A stretch of DNA of 64,000 nucleotides from Raja brachyura. Lineage: Eukaryota. This document shows, in pieces, positions 50,421 through 63,109 of the stretch (position 1 is the first letter of the stretch; every line of letters begins with the position of its first letter). The position numbers and the translations under genes were made by a program. The stretch lies in assembly GCA_963514005.1 (NCBI GenBank), contig OY740792.1, positions 36,084,001-36,148,000 of the forward strand, given 5' to 3'. The notes beneath the pieces are model-generated. The model was not told the origin of the DNA, made no database searches, and was given only the letters and a program-made list of their open reading frames with translations.

Positions 50421-51898
50421 ATATTATCTCATGACTCCAAGTAGCCAAAGATAAACACAAAGTGTTGGAGTAATTCAGTGGTGCAGGCAGCATCTCTGGA
50501 GAACATGGATGGGTGACGTTTTGGGTCTAGACTTCTTCAGACTGAGTGGGATTATACGTTTAAGACTTTGAGATTTACCTTTCTTCCAAGTGAACCCTAT
50601 TTTTTTTCCCCAGACCCCTAATGTTTTTTCTGATTGAGTCTGCTTCTTCCACATAGGGACTGTAAGCAGACAACTCAATTTTAAGAACCTGTATTAACCC
50701 CTGCATCACACTGACATACTGTAGGGAGAATGTACAAACTCTGTGCAGACAGCACCCGTAGTGAGAATTGAACCTGGGTCTCTGGTGCTGCACGGCAGTA
50801 ACTCCACCGCTGTATCATCGTGCCACCATTAAAACAGTGAGAGGCAACTCTGCATCATTAAGCAATAAATGCCTCTCCAATTTAAGTGGATCAAGTCAAA
50901 TCAAGAGCCTTTAATTGCCATATGTACCAAATGGAACAATGAAATTCCTACTTTCATCTGCATAACAGCACTCAATAGCTAACAAAATAAAACAAATAAA
51001 AATTGAATATTAGTGCAAAACAAAAGCCCCAGATTCTCTAGAATAATCAAGAGAGTTTGTAGTTTAGTTGGTGTTTACTAGCCTGGTGGTTGATTGCTGG
51101 AAACCAGTATGTTGGTGCAATAGATAGACACAAAGTGCTCGAGTAACTCAGTGGACCATACGGTACATCAGGTGAAAAAAAGAATAGATTAGGTTTCAGG
51201 TTGGGACCCTTCTTCAAACTGAAAGTAGGGAGGGTGGCAATGGAAGAGGCCCAGGACAGAAAGGTCAGTAGTGGAATGGGGCAGGGATTTGAAACACTCT
51301 TACTTTCAGTGTGAGGAAGGTTCCCGACCCAAAAGGTCACCTATCCTTTTTCTCCAGAGATGCTGCCTGACCCTGCTGAGATAGCCCAGCACGTTGTGTT
51401 TATCTTTGGTATAAACAATCTGCAGTACTTTGTTTCTACATATAGGCTGGTGTAATGTAAAGGTTAAAACAGGCTTTCCAACTAAAATAGAGTTGTCTTC
51501 CAACAGTCATTAAGTGAGGCAAGCAGACTCATTCTGAAAGACAATTAGATTCTTGGAGAAGTGGGCTCGCTTGAAAGATAAGTAAACTCAAGGTCTTGAA
51601 CATACAGCTACAAGGACATGTAGTCAGAAGATAAGGTAAACGTTTTATTTCTGGAGACAATGAGATTAACTGAGTTCCTGTGCATGTAGAGTGCACAAAA
51701 TTGCATTTAGCAATTGGGTTTTGGATACAACCTAGTCACATAGAGCAAAATAATGATGCACCCTGTGAGTTTGCACTCCAGGATATTTGTCATTTGGCAT
51801 TTGTTCCTCAATAGTTTTCGATTTTCATGTGGTGGCAAAGATATTTTGTTTCATTTTTCACTGAAGCACCCACGATAATTTCAGGGTTGGGTTGTTTA

Positions 51899-52828
51899 TC
51901 TATATTACTAAAAGTCTGATCTTGACCACTTCCTGTTGTTCTGTATAATGATTTTAGTAAAAACGCTGTCACTTACGGCTGTGATTTTTGGCCATCTTAC
52001 TCAGAGTCCCCCTCCGCTGCGCAGGACAAGAGGATTTTTCCCAACGATGAAAAAAAAGTTATTAGTGTTTTAAAAAAAGTTGAGATTCTCTCTCCTGAAG
52101 TCCACGCCCCTTCCAGAGAGACTATAAAACCCGAAAGTGTTGAGTGCCTCAGTCAGTCTCTGCAAGATGGGGGAGTTAAAGTTGTGTTGCCTAATTAAAG
52201 TTGCCTTGCCTATTGAAAGTTGCCTTGCCTTCTATACAATTAAAAGTCTAATCTTGACAACTTCCTGTTTGCGCTTTATATTGATTTTTGATAAAACGTT
52301 ACCACGTATGGCTGTGATTTTGGCCATCATACTCAGTCCCCATCTGCTCATCAGGTGCCAAGGATTTTTCCCACCGATGAAAAATAAAAGAGTTATTAGT
52401 GTTTAAAAAAATGTTGAGATTCTCTCCCAAGATGGAGGAGGGAGAGGTCACAACTCGCTGTCTTAAGTGGCCTTGCACCCTGCTTGAAGTGGTAAGAAAC
52501 TGCACTTGAATTTGGTGGCCTTGCACTGTGCTTGAAATGGAATTTCAAGGAATAGCTGAGAGTCAACTGCCAGCCCAACAGCCGTGAGTGAGTGAGCTGC
52601 CAGCACAACAGGCTTGAGTGACTGAGCCACCAGTCCAAGAATCCATTCAGCCCACAATGTCCATACTATCCCTCTTGAAACCAGTCCCTCCAACCCACAT
52701 CACCCATACTAGCACTCCAGAAAGCTCGCACTGGCCACCAATATTGGAATTGGTGGAGAGGTGGAATATTGTGTTGGGGAACCAGTCCTCCCGTGTGAAG
52801 CTGGGACCCAACGTCCCACTTAGTCTAG
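51899..52828 (+). mobile_element. Non-autonomous Helitron
   Basis: 5' TC(tatattactaaaag) and 3' CTAG (52825-52828). Subterminal hairpin tgggac-ccaac-gtccca (52802-52818). Inserted between host A (51898) and T (52829) with no TSD. The 5' module is internally duplicated (51909 vs 52241). Confidence 0.92.
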
Positions 52829-54094
52829 TATACATTGTGGACAACATTCACCTTGAGCCAAACAACGATGCGAGATATTTATAAGATTATAAGTTCTAGC
52901 AGCAGAATCAGGCTATTCGGCCCATCAGGTCCACCCCGCCATTCAATCATGGCTGATCTTTCTTTCCCTCTCAACACCATTCTATTGCCCTCGACCTATA
53001 AACCCTGATAACCTTACCATCATCCACAAAGACCATCCATAACAAAGAGGTGTTAACCCATCCACAGCCTTCATTCATTCCACCACCAGTGCACAGTGCA
53101 GGCAGTAATGTTCAATTCAGAAAATGCAGCGCATTTGCAGTAAACCCTCATTACAACTGGACAAAGGGGGGTGAGGGGTAATGGTGCCTGTTATCAGATT
53201 GCCCACTATAACCTGGGGCGGTACAGGTTTAGAGAGGGCAGCACAGTGGCGCAGTGGAAGAGTTGCTGCCTTGCAGCACCAGAGACCAGACTTCAATCCT
53301 GACAACATAGGTCAGGTACGGCGTTTGCATGTTCTCCCTATGACTGCGTGGGTTTCTACGGGTGCTCCAGTTTCCTCCCACACTCTGGACTTGTCTCTTG
53401 AAAATTCTAATGGCATTTAGGACTCAATGATGCAAGATGTTCTCTCCCCATTTTAACTGCTTCGGAATTTTATAGGGTTGTTTCAGTACATGTAGCTTAG
53501 TTTATCATCGCATGCACAGAGCTACAGCGAAAAGCATTTTTATTGCGTGCTCTCCAGTCAGCGGAAAGACGATACAGGATTACAATCAACCTGTCCATTG
53601 CGTTCACAAACAGGATAAAGGATATATCGTTTAGTGCAAGTCCAATAAAGTCTATAAAATGTAGTCCAAGGGTCTTCAATGAGGTAGATGGGAGGTCAGG
53701 ACTGCTCCCTAGTTGGAGAGGATGGTTCGGTTGCCTGATAACAGCTGGGATGAAACTGTCCCCGAATCTATAGGTACGAGTTTTCATATTTCTGTACCTC
53801 TTGCCTGATGTAAGATGGGAGAAGAGGGGAGTGGCCGGAATACATATGACAATTAAACGCTCTTAACCCTTGACGCTCCCCACAATCAGTGCAAGGGAGA
53901 TCAACTGTAATCTGTGTGATTTACTGAGTCTTACAGAGAGAACAAACTACTACAAACACATGCTGTTTGTAAACAACTGGCTTTGTTGGAAGATAAATCG
54001 AACAGTGGCTATACATGCGGCTCATTGATGGGCAGAGCCACAACAAAGGTCAAAGCTGAAACAAAGATCTGCAGTAATATACAAACGGACACAT

Positions 54095-54440
54095 CGAAAC
54101 ATAGACAATAGGTGGAGGAGTAGGCCATTCAGCCCTTTGAGCCAGCACCAGAATTCTATATGATCATGGCTGATCATCCACAATCAGTACCCCATTCCTG
54201 CTTTATCCCATATCCATTGATTCCATTAGCCCCAAGAGCTATATCTAACACTCTCTTGAAAACACCCAGTGAATTGGCCTCCACTACCTTCTTCGGCAGA
54301 GAATTCCACAGATTCACAACTCTGGATGAAAAAGTTTTCCCTCATCTCAGTCCTAAATGGCCTACCCCTTATTATTAAATTGTGACCCCTGGTTCTGGAC
54401 TCATCCCAACATCGGGCACATTTCTCCTGCATCTAGCCTG
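54095..54440 (-). mobile_element. CR1 3' fragment, same type as 12046-13650
   Basis: ESRTRGHNLIIRGRPFRTEMRENFF plus 3'UTR. Confidence 0.8.
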
Positions 54441-55397
54441 GCGCTGGAGTAACTCAGTGGGTCAGGCAGCATCTCTGGAGAACATGGATGGGTGACGTTT
54501 CAGGTCGGGACCTTTCTTCAGACGGATTGTGGGGAGGGAGGACGGGGGGGGGGGGGGGGGGGGAGAAAGAAAGATGGAAGAAGGGAGAGGCAGTACAAGG
54601 CATCAGGCAATTGGTCGACACACGCAAAGGGGATTTTTTCATAGGCAGATGTTTGGAGCAAAGGCCAGAGATAAGAACAGTAGGTGTAAGACAGGTTTCA
54701 AGACATGTGGATTGTGAAGCCGGTTGATGGTGGAGGAAATTATTGGGGGGGACCTAATAGGTAGAAGTGCAGGTGGGGCGCAGGGGAGGGGAAGGAGGTG
54801 AGAAAGAGGTTGGAGGTTACCCAAAATCAGAGATTTTACTGTTGGGTTGCAAACTGCCCAAACGGAATAAAGGCCACGAGGAAACATAAATTAAATAATA
54901 TTGGAGACAGATAATCTCAGCATAAAGAAGGGCTTTGACCCGAAATGTCACCCACTCCTTTTCTCCGGAGATGCTGTCTGACCCACTGACTTACTGACAT
55001 ACAGACGGACCCACTGACCCGTTGCATTTTGTGTCCATCTACGATGTAAACCAGCATCTGCAGATCCTTCCTACATAATTGCTCGACAGGTTAACCAGCA
55101 TCAGTGAATAGAGAAATAGAGCTAACATTCAACTGATGATCTTTATTGGGATCTGCCCGACCTGCTCAGTAATTTATTTTAACTTTCAGATTTTTGGCAT
55201 TTCCAGTAATTAATTTATTATCTGCAGGAAGTAGCAGCAAAATAAAACAATTGTGGATACGGTCATCCTGATTAGGAAATCAGGCAGCTGTTCCCTGCTG
55301 TTAGGCATGGAGAAACTGTCTTGTGCATTAAAAAAACTCTTTCATCAGTGCAAGCAGTGCAAAATGTGACCATCAGATTGCCACTTATTAAGACAAA

Positions 55398-55576
55398 ATG
55401 AGGCAAGGACATGTCTCACACTGACCTACTGTAGGGAGGCAAATGAGGCAAGGACCGTGCATCACACTGACCTACTGTAGGGAGGCAAATGAGGCAAGGA
55501 CCGTGCATCACACTGACCTACTGTAGGGAGGCAAATGAGGCAAGGACCGTGCATCACACTGACCTACTGTAGGGAG
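55398..55576. repeat. 46-bp minisatellite, ~3.8 copies
   Basis: Unit cacactgacctactgtagggaggcaaatgaggcaaggaccgtgcat. Confidence 0.92.
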
Positions 55577-55747
55577 AATGTACAAACTCTGTGCAGACAG
55601 CACCTGCAGTGAGAATTGAACCTGGGTCAAGAAACAGAACAGACATGACCAACTCCAAGTCATTGTTTCATTGTCTGGATAACTTCTTATCACCTAGTCT
55701 ACAGCCAATGGACCGTTGTGGGCCCCACCTTTCCTTGATCATCCTTA

Positions 55748-56360
55748 AGGGCCTGTCCCACTTGGCTGCCTTTCACGCGCCAATTACGCAACCTGCTAGC
55801 GTGTGGGTAGCGCGGGGACAGGCGCATGGAGTGGCATGGAGTGGTGTTGACTTAGTCCTGCACAAAATCTTTGCGCACCACCGGCCTGTCGCGTAACTGA
55901 CGGCCAAAGTGGAACAGGCACAAGACCCTGGCGTGACGCGACGCCTCACCTCCAACAGCAGCAGAAGCAGGCAAGCGATCGTCGAGCTCGGCCTGGGGCT
56001 CACGGCCGTTGCAGATTCGGATCCGCCCCCACTCCTACTCCCAGAGCGGGGCCAAGATGATTGAAGATATACACAAAATGCTAGAGTAACTCAGCGGGAC
56101 CGGCAGCATCGCTGGAGAGAAGGAATGGGTGACGTTTCGGTCGAGACTCTTCTTCAGTCTGAAGAAGACAAAACATCATCCATGTCTTCTCTCCAGAGAT
56201 GCTGCCGGTCCCGCTGAATTACTAATGCATTTTGTGTCCATCTTCAAATGACGTCACGCGCTCCAGACGGCTGTGCGGGCGCATGATGATGCGCGCGACT
56301 CTCACGTGACCGTCACTACCGGCCTGTCGCGAAAGTGACGGCCCAAGTGGGATAGGCCCT
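55748..56360. mobile_element. Harbinger-type MITE containing an inverted hammerhead-unit dimer
   Basis: TTA TSD (55745-55747, 56361-56363); TIR agggcctgtcccacttgg. Inserted in a PLE tail; internal dimer at ~56061-56247. Confidence 0.88.
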
Positions 56361-57591
56361 TTACTCTTTGCATATCTTGTATTCATTTGCTCCACATCTC
56401 TCTATGTTACACCGTCTACATCTCCCATTTCCCTTTCACCTGACCCTCAGACTGAAGAATAGTCTCATCCCGAGACATCACCTATTGCTTTCCTCCAGAA
56501 TTCTCTTTGTTTTCACTTTTAATTACAAGTTTGTTTACCTTGTGTGTTGTGACTGTCGGCAGACCAATTTCCCTCCGGGGATGAATAAAGTTTTATCGTA
56601 TCGCATGCTGCCTGATCCACTGGGGTGCTCCAGCATTTTGTGCCTATCTCAAATCCATCAATCCATGGTTCCTTTATCACATTCTTACGCAACAATGCTT
56701 TCAGCACAGTTAAACAGAGATTTGCAAGTTATTCCCTTCCAAAACACAGAGATTAGATCCCAAGTACTTTGACCTTTACCACCAGATAGGGACACAAAAA
56801 GCTGGAGTAACACAACGGCTCAGGCAGCTTCTCTGGAGACGAGGGATAGGTGATGTTTCAAGTCGAGACCCTTCTTCTGTCAGATAGTCAGGGGAGAGGG
56901 CACAGAGAGAAGCAAAAAGGTACATAGAGAAAATTAATGAAAGACATCCAAAAAGACAGCCCAAAGCCGGCAACAATGATCCAGGAAAGGTGGAGCGCAC
57001 AATGGTCCATTGATGGCTGTGGGCAAGGTATAACGTGTAGCACAAAGAGTGCAACTCAGCAGGACGACAGTGAAACTAGTATGATGACTAGTGTGGGGAG
57101 GGATGGAGAGAGAGGGGATGCAAGGATTACTTGAAGTTAGAGAAATTAATATTCACACCACTGTATAGGCAGAGTGTAAGTGAGCCTCAAAAAGGCAGCC
57201 AGCATCATCAGAAACCCACACCACTCTGGCCACACTCTCACTCCACTCTTTAGAATGTAGAGATCAGCGTGGGAACAGGCCATTCCACCCACCGAGCCCA
57301 CACCGACCATCGATCACCACGTGTGCTTGCACTATCCTACTAGGGACAATTTACAGAAGCCAATTAATCTACAAACCCGCATATCCGTGGAATGTGGGAG
57401 GAATCTGGAGCAGCTGGAGAAAACCCTCGCAGTCAAACGGGGAGAACATACAAACTCCACACAGACAGCGCCCGTAGTCAGAATCCAACCCGGGTCTCTG
57501 GTGCTGTAAGGCAGCAACTCTACCGCTGTGCTAGTGTGCTGCCTCCTGCCATCAGGAAGAAGGTACACTCTGAAAACTGACCTCCAGCTTC

Positions 57592-57686
57592 AGTCTGAAG
57601 AAGGGTCTCGACCCGAAACGTCACCTATTCCTTCGCTCCATAGATGCTGCCTCACCCGCTGAGTTTCTCCAGCATTTTTAATTACC
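57592..57686 (+). mobile_element. Hammerhead-bearing unit with intact core (57595-57622)
   Basis: ctgaagaagggtctcgacccgaaacgtc; imperfect flanking duplication acctccagcttcagt / accttccaggttcagt in a Rex1-like host. Confidence 0.8.
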
Positions 57687-58123
57687 TTCCAGGTTCAGTA
57701 ACAGCTCTTGAACACTAGAAACGCCAACTAAACTATGAACCGTCTTGGTTGCACCAAGGACTTTGGGCGTTGTGCACTAACTTTCTTATAATTTATTGTC
57801 GTTATTGGTTATTATGTTATCAATTGGTTCTGTGTTTACAGGCGTGTTAAGCGGCTGCAAGAAAAAATGTCATCGTTCCATTGTTGGCAAGAGTCGACAA
57901 TGTGTAATTTTGATATGTATCAAAACGGAACAATTAAATTCTTACTTGCAACAGCATAACAGGCCTGTAAACAAAATACCCAAGATAACATCATAAACAA
58001 ATAAATCAATAAATTACAAAAAATATATTAATGCATTAAAAATTAGTGTAACCAGGACACCTCATAATTTAGCAGTGTTCATGAGCCTGATGGTTGTCGG
58101 GAAGAAGCTGCTCCTGAATGTTA

Positions 58124-58674
58124 AGGGCCTGTCCTACAAACATGCAACTCTATGCGATGAACGCGATCAAACTAGAAGCGGAGGCTGCGCGGAGGTCGGG
58201 TGATCCCCTGTACAGGGCCGTTCCCACCAGCATGCGGCAAGCGAGACCAAACCGGCAGCAGGGGCCGCGCAGAGGTCGGGTGAGTGGTGCAACACGGCGC
58301 AAAGTGAGGCAAACTTGGAGCGAAGTCTAAGGTAAGTTCGCCAGGACAGAGAGGGGCACACAGAGGCACACAGAGGGCCATGGAGCCACACACATAGAGG
58401 GTCACGGAGGCACCTACAGATAGGTTCACGGAGGCACGATGTCGAGGCAGTGTGTGATGCTTCGAGGCAACTGCGAGCCGACAAGCTGTTGCCGCGTGGA
58501 ATTTTTGAACATAGTCAGTTTTTCGGAGCCCCACGCGATGTTGGGACGAACTCCACACAATTCCGCACGGCTCCGGCGATCGAAGTGGGACCGGCCCCGC
58601 GACGCCGGACGGCTCAAGCGACCACGTTAGGTCGCGCTAATCGCATAGAGTTGCATGCTGGTGGGACAGGCCCT
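58124..58674. mobile_element. Complete Harbinger-type MITE (551 bp)
   Basis: TTA TSD (58121-58123, 58675-58677); TIR agggcctgtcctac..gcatgcaactctatgcga; CpG-rich. Confidence 0.9.
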
Positions 58675-61600
58675 TTACAGTTTTCAGGCTCCATCCTGTA
58701 CCATCTTTCTGATGACAGGAGTCAAAGGAGAGTGTGGCCAGGGTGGTGTGGGTCTCTGATGATGCTTGCTGCTTTTCCGAGGCAGTGACTCATGTAGATC
58801 CCTTCGATGGTGGGGAGGTCAGTACCCGTGATGGTCCAGGAAGTGTCCACCACTTTTTAACAATCTCCTTTGTTCCTGGGCAACTTAATACAATAACACT
58901 CTTGACTATTGGAGAGTTTAGTTTTGGAGATACCGTGGGGAAAGGGGACTTTTGGCCCACCAAGTCCGAACTGACCAGCAATCACCCGTTCACACTAGTA
59001 GTTGTCCTATATACTAGGGACAATTTTCAAGCACCCGGAGAAAACCCACATGTGCACAGGGGGAACGTGTAAACTCCATACAGACAGCACCCGTAGTCAG
59101 GGTGAACCTGGGTCTCTAGCGCTGTGAGGCAGCGACTCTACTGCTGTGCCATTAGTTACGTTGCTGGGAAACGTCCAAAGTTGGGGGAAATAAAAAAACA
59201 ATAGCACAATAGATGAACATTAGGCAGTTCCCTATCACACAGCAGGTGGGGTGATGAGTATGACAGGATTCTGCAGGGATATCTAATCACACCCCTTGAT
59301 GAGGCAGTACATCACACTCTGTTCCGAGAATAGTCGGCAATCACAGATCCATTTCACATCGTGGTGTAACGCCAAGATTACTTCACATCTCCTTTCCTTT
59401 TAAAGGCTCCCAAAAATTACTTGTAGCCAAACGTTGACAATTTTCAGACCAACGTACATAATCACATTCCATTCCGTTGAAATTCTGTTTAAGACTCGAG
59501 TCGTAGGTCTTAAACACGTCTCACCCCAACCACTCCCACTTCTTCGCCCTCTCCCATCGGTCAAAAGGAAAAGTGTGAAAACACATACCTTCAGATTCAG
59601 GGACAGTTTCTTCCAAGTTGATATCATCTGAGCCATCCTACCAACAACTAGAGAGCAGCCCTGAGCTACTATCTATCTCATTGGAGACTTGGACTGTCTT
59701 TGATCGGACTATACTGGATTTTATCTAGTACTTTTTCCACACAAAGGGCAATTGGTGTTTGGAACGAGGTAGTTGAGGCAGGTACTATAGCAATATTAAA
59801 GAAGCATTTAGACAGGTGTCTTTCGGCCCAACTTGCCCACTCTAACCAACATGTCCCATCTACACTAGTCCTACCTGCCTGCTTTTGGCCCATATTCCTC
59901 TAAACCTATCGTATCCATGTACTGTCTAATCATTTATTAAACTTGCATTGTACACGCCTCAAATGCCTCCTCTGGCAGCTTGTTCCATACACCCACCTCC
60001 CTTTGTGTGAAAACGTTAGCCCGCAGATTCCTATTAAATCTTTCCCCCCTTCATCCTAAACCCAAGTTCTCCGCTTCTGGATTCCCCTACTCTGGGCAGG
60101 AGACTCTGTGCATCTACCCGATCTATTTCTCTCATGATTTTATACACAATTAAATTTAATAAAGCAATAAACAAAAAAGGGACAAATATAACATTACCAG
60201 CATTTCTTCCCAACATTTATAATTACTTTAAACTATTTTCACTCAAAGGGTGGTGGGTTAACGGAACACGCTGGCAGAGGAGCTAGATACAAGGAACTGC
60301 AGATGTTGGTTTGCAAAAAAAAAAGACACAAAGTGCTGGAGTAACTTAGCTGGTCTCTGGGGAACATGGATAGGTGACGTTTTGGGTCGGGACCCTTCTG
60401 CAGACTCACGAGGGGATAGTGGAGACGGGTACCATAAAGAGACACTTGGAAAGGTACATGGATAGGAAAGGTTTAGAGGGATATGGGCCAAAAGCGGGAA
60501 AATGGGACAAAGCTTAGATGGGGCACCTTGGTTGGCATGGGCGAGTTGTGCCAAAGAGCCTGTTTCTGCGCCGTAACAGGTGCATGATAATATACTTGTA
60601 GTGTGTGTGGAGGAAGGGCACAAAGTTGCCATTTTACCACATGCAGATTGTTGTTGTTTTCTACTCGATGGAGATTGCTGTTAGTTCATTTTGCACCTAC
60701 TCCGTAGAGCAGTGTGGGAAGTTAATGGGATGGTATTGTGGTCGACATGGGACAACTTGGGCTGAAGGGCCTGTTTCCATGCTGTATACACATCTGCAAA
60801 CACAACACATATCTGCTGAGGGTTGTGTACATTGATTCTGAAGAACCTTTGAGTTCGCACAATGGAAAATTCAAGCTATCACGTTTCTAAGACAGGGAAC
60901 ACTAGATGCATTGGGATCAAATTCAAAGGACTAATGGAAAATCTATCGTAGCCCTCAGACACAGATTAGCTTCACACTCAACACTAAAATGGACATTTAA
61001 TGCTTACAGCTCTGATCATAGGACGTAAAACAGGAAGTAGAAACAAGAACTGCAAATGCTGGTTTATAACAAAGATAGACACAAAGCGCTGATGTGACCA
61101 AACTGGTCAGGCGGCATCTCTGGAGAAACAGTACGAGTGACGTTTCAGATCAGGACTTTTCTTCAGACTGAAAACAGAGTACCACAAGAACAGGCCATTC
61201 GACCTCCAATGTCCATGACAAACGTTATGCCAAGTTAAACGAATCTCCGCCGACTGAACGCGATCCATGTACCTTCATTCCCTGCACATCCATGTGCTTG
61301 TAACGACGCCTCTTTAATGCCACTATCATATCTGCCTCCACCACTGGCAGCACATTCCAGGCACTCGCCACTCTCTGTATAAAACAACTTGCCCACACAT
61401 CTCCTTTAAACCTTGCCCCTCTCACCTTAAACCTATGCCCTGTAGCCTTATGTCACAATAAAAACGATATCCTGCTTCACTCCCTATTCGAGGGAAAGGA
61501 TATTGGAGTGAAAAAAAAATACAAAGTGCTGGAGTAACTCAACGGATCAGGCGGCATCTCTGGAGAACATGGATAGGTGATGTTTCGTGTTGGGACCCTT

Positions 61601-62831
61601 CTTCAGACTGTTTGTAGTACGGGTGAGAGAAGAAGGGTCCCACCCGCATCTGCAGTTGCTTGTGTGTAAATGATACTGGAGCTCTGAAATTGCACAGGAA
61701 GCTGAACTGAATGTAACGCAGCCTTAAAACGTCAGGATGAGAAAACAAGCTTTGAGAATTACTGTGAGAGATCGTTGTGGTGACTGAGAGGATGGGAGTG
61801 GGGGTGGGGGTGGGGAAGGGAGAGATGTGGAATTACATAACTCTCCACAACCTAGGGTTTGCAGACAGCCTGACTTGATACGATTATTTAAAATGGGACA
61901 AAAATGCAGGACACAACTCACACTGATATCATCCACGAACCATGAGTTAGCATTAGAGCACTCTCTGGAATTAAGTGCTAAAACATGCAGAAAGGATTCA
62001 TTGCTTTAGTGTAAGTGGGAACTTTGCAGCTGCCTGTGAGAATGCGTTTCTAGACATATGGGATCTGTTACTTGCTAACTGTCGATGATACGCTTAGACT
62101 ACCATGATTTCTCAGTGACGTTTGGGAAAAAATAGGAATTTGCCAGAATTTTCCCCAAATCTTACACGTCTGTTTTTCCCCTCTTCCCTGGAATTACATT
62201 GGTGAATATGGCTGAATCCAACTGGCTCCTTTTCATAATATAAACTATCATGTACTTAATTTATTATAAATCTTTTATTATTATACCTGTTAACGGAACA
62301 AAAAGTTTAATTAAGTGAGAGTGTTAATTTATAACTTAAATTATAATATAATTCAACCATTAGCTGATCTATCATTCCTTCTCAACCCCATTCTCCTGCC
62401 TTCTCCATGTAATCTTTGACACCCTTCCCAATCTAGCAAAATTGTTTTTGAATTTATTTGAAATTGGCATTTTTTGATATGTATCCCAATAAGTAAATTA
62501 ATTTTAATTTATAATTTAAGTTATAAATTAACTCACTTGATTTTGTTTTGTTGTGCTTCGAGATACAACGTGGAAACAGGTTCTTCGATCCACCGAGTCC
62601 ACACTAGTTCTATATTATCCCACCTTTGCATACAGTCCCTACACACTAGGGGCAATTTACAGAGTGCCAATTAACCTGCAAACACACGTGTTCTTCTGTA
62701 TGTGGGAGGAAACCAGAGCACCCAGAGGAATCTCACACGGTCACTGGGAGAACGTGCAAACTCCGTACAGAGAGCACCAGAGGTCAAGATCGAACCCGGA
62801 GCCTCTGGGTTCTATAACTCTGGTGCTCTAA

Positions 62832-63109
62832 TGCCCCTGTCTCACTTAGAAAACCTGAACGGAAACCTCTGGAGACTTTGCGCCCCACCCAAGGTTTCCG
62901 TGTGGTTCCCGGCGGTTTGTGTCCTCCGGCAACCACCTTCAACTAGCATCGCAGCCGGCTTCGACTAAAAAATCACCGATTTTTAAAACGGAAACCACTT
63001 TCGACCATTAGGAAGACTGACAAAAACCTCCGGGAACCGCACGGAAACTTGGGTGGGGCGCAAAGTCTCCAGAGGTTTCCGCTCAGGTTTCCTAAGTGGG
63101 ACAGGGGCA
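62832..63109. mobile_element. Palindromic Harbinger-type MITE inside a SINE
   Basis: TAA TSD (62829-62831, 63110-63112); TIR tgcccctgtc(t/c)cactt with ~90-bp inverted arms. SINE sequence resumes after it. Confidence 0.9.

Noticed and set aside
55398-55576. CRISPR-like array
   Set aside because: Contiguous tandem units with no unique spacers; eukaryotic context; no cas genes.
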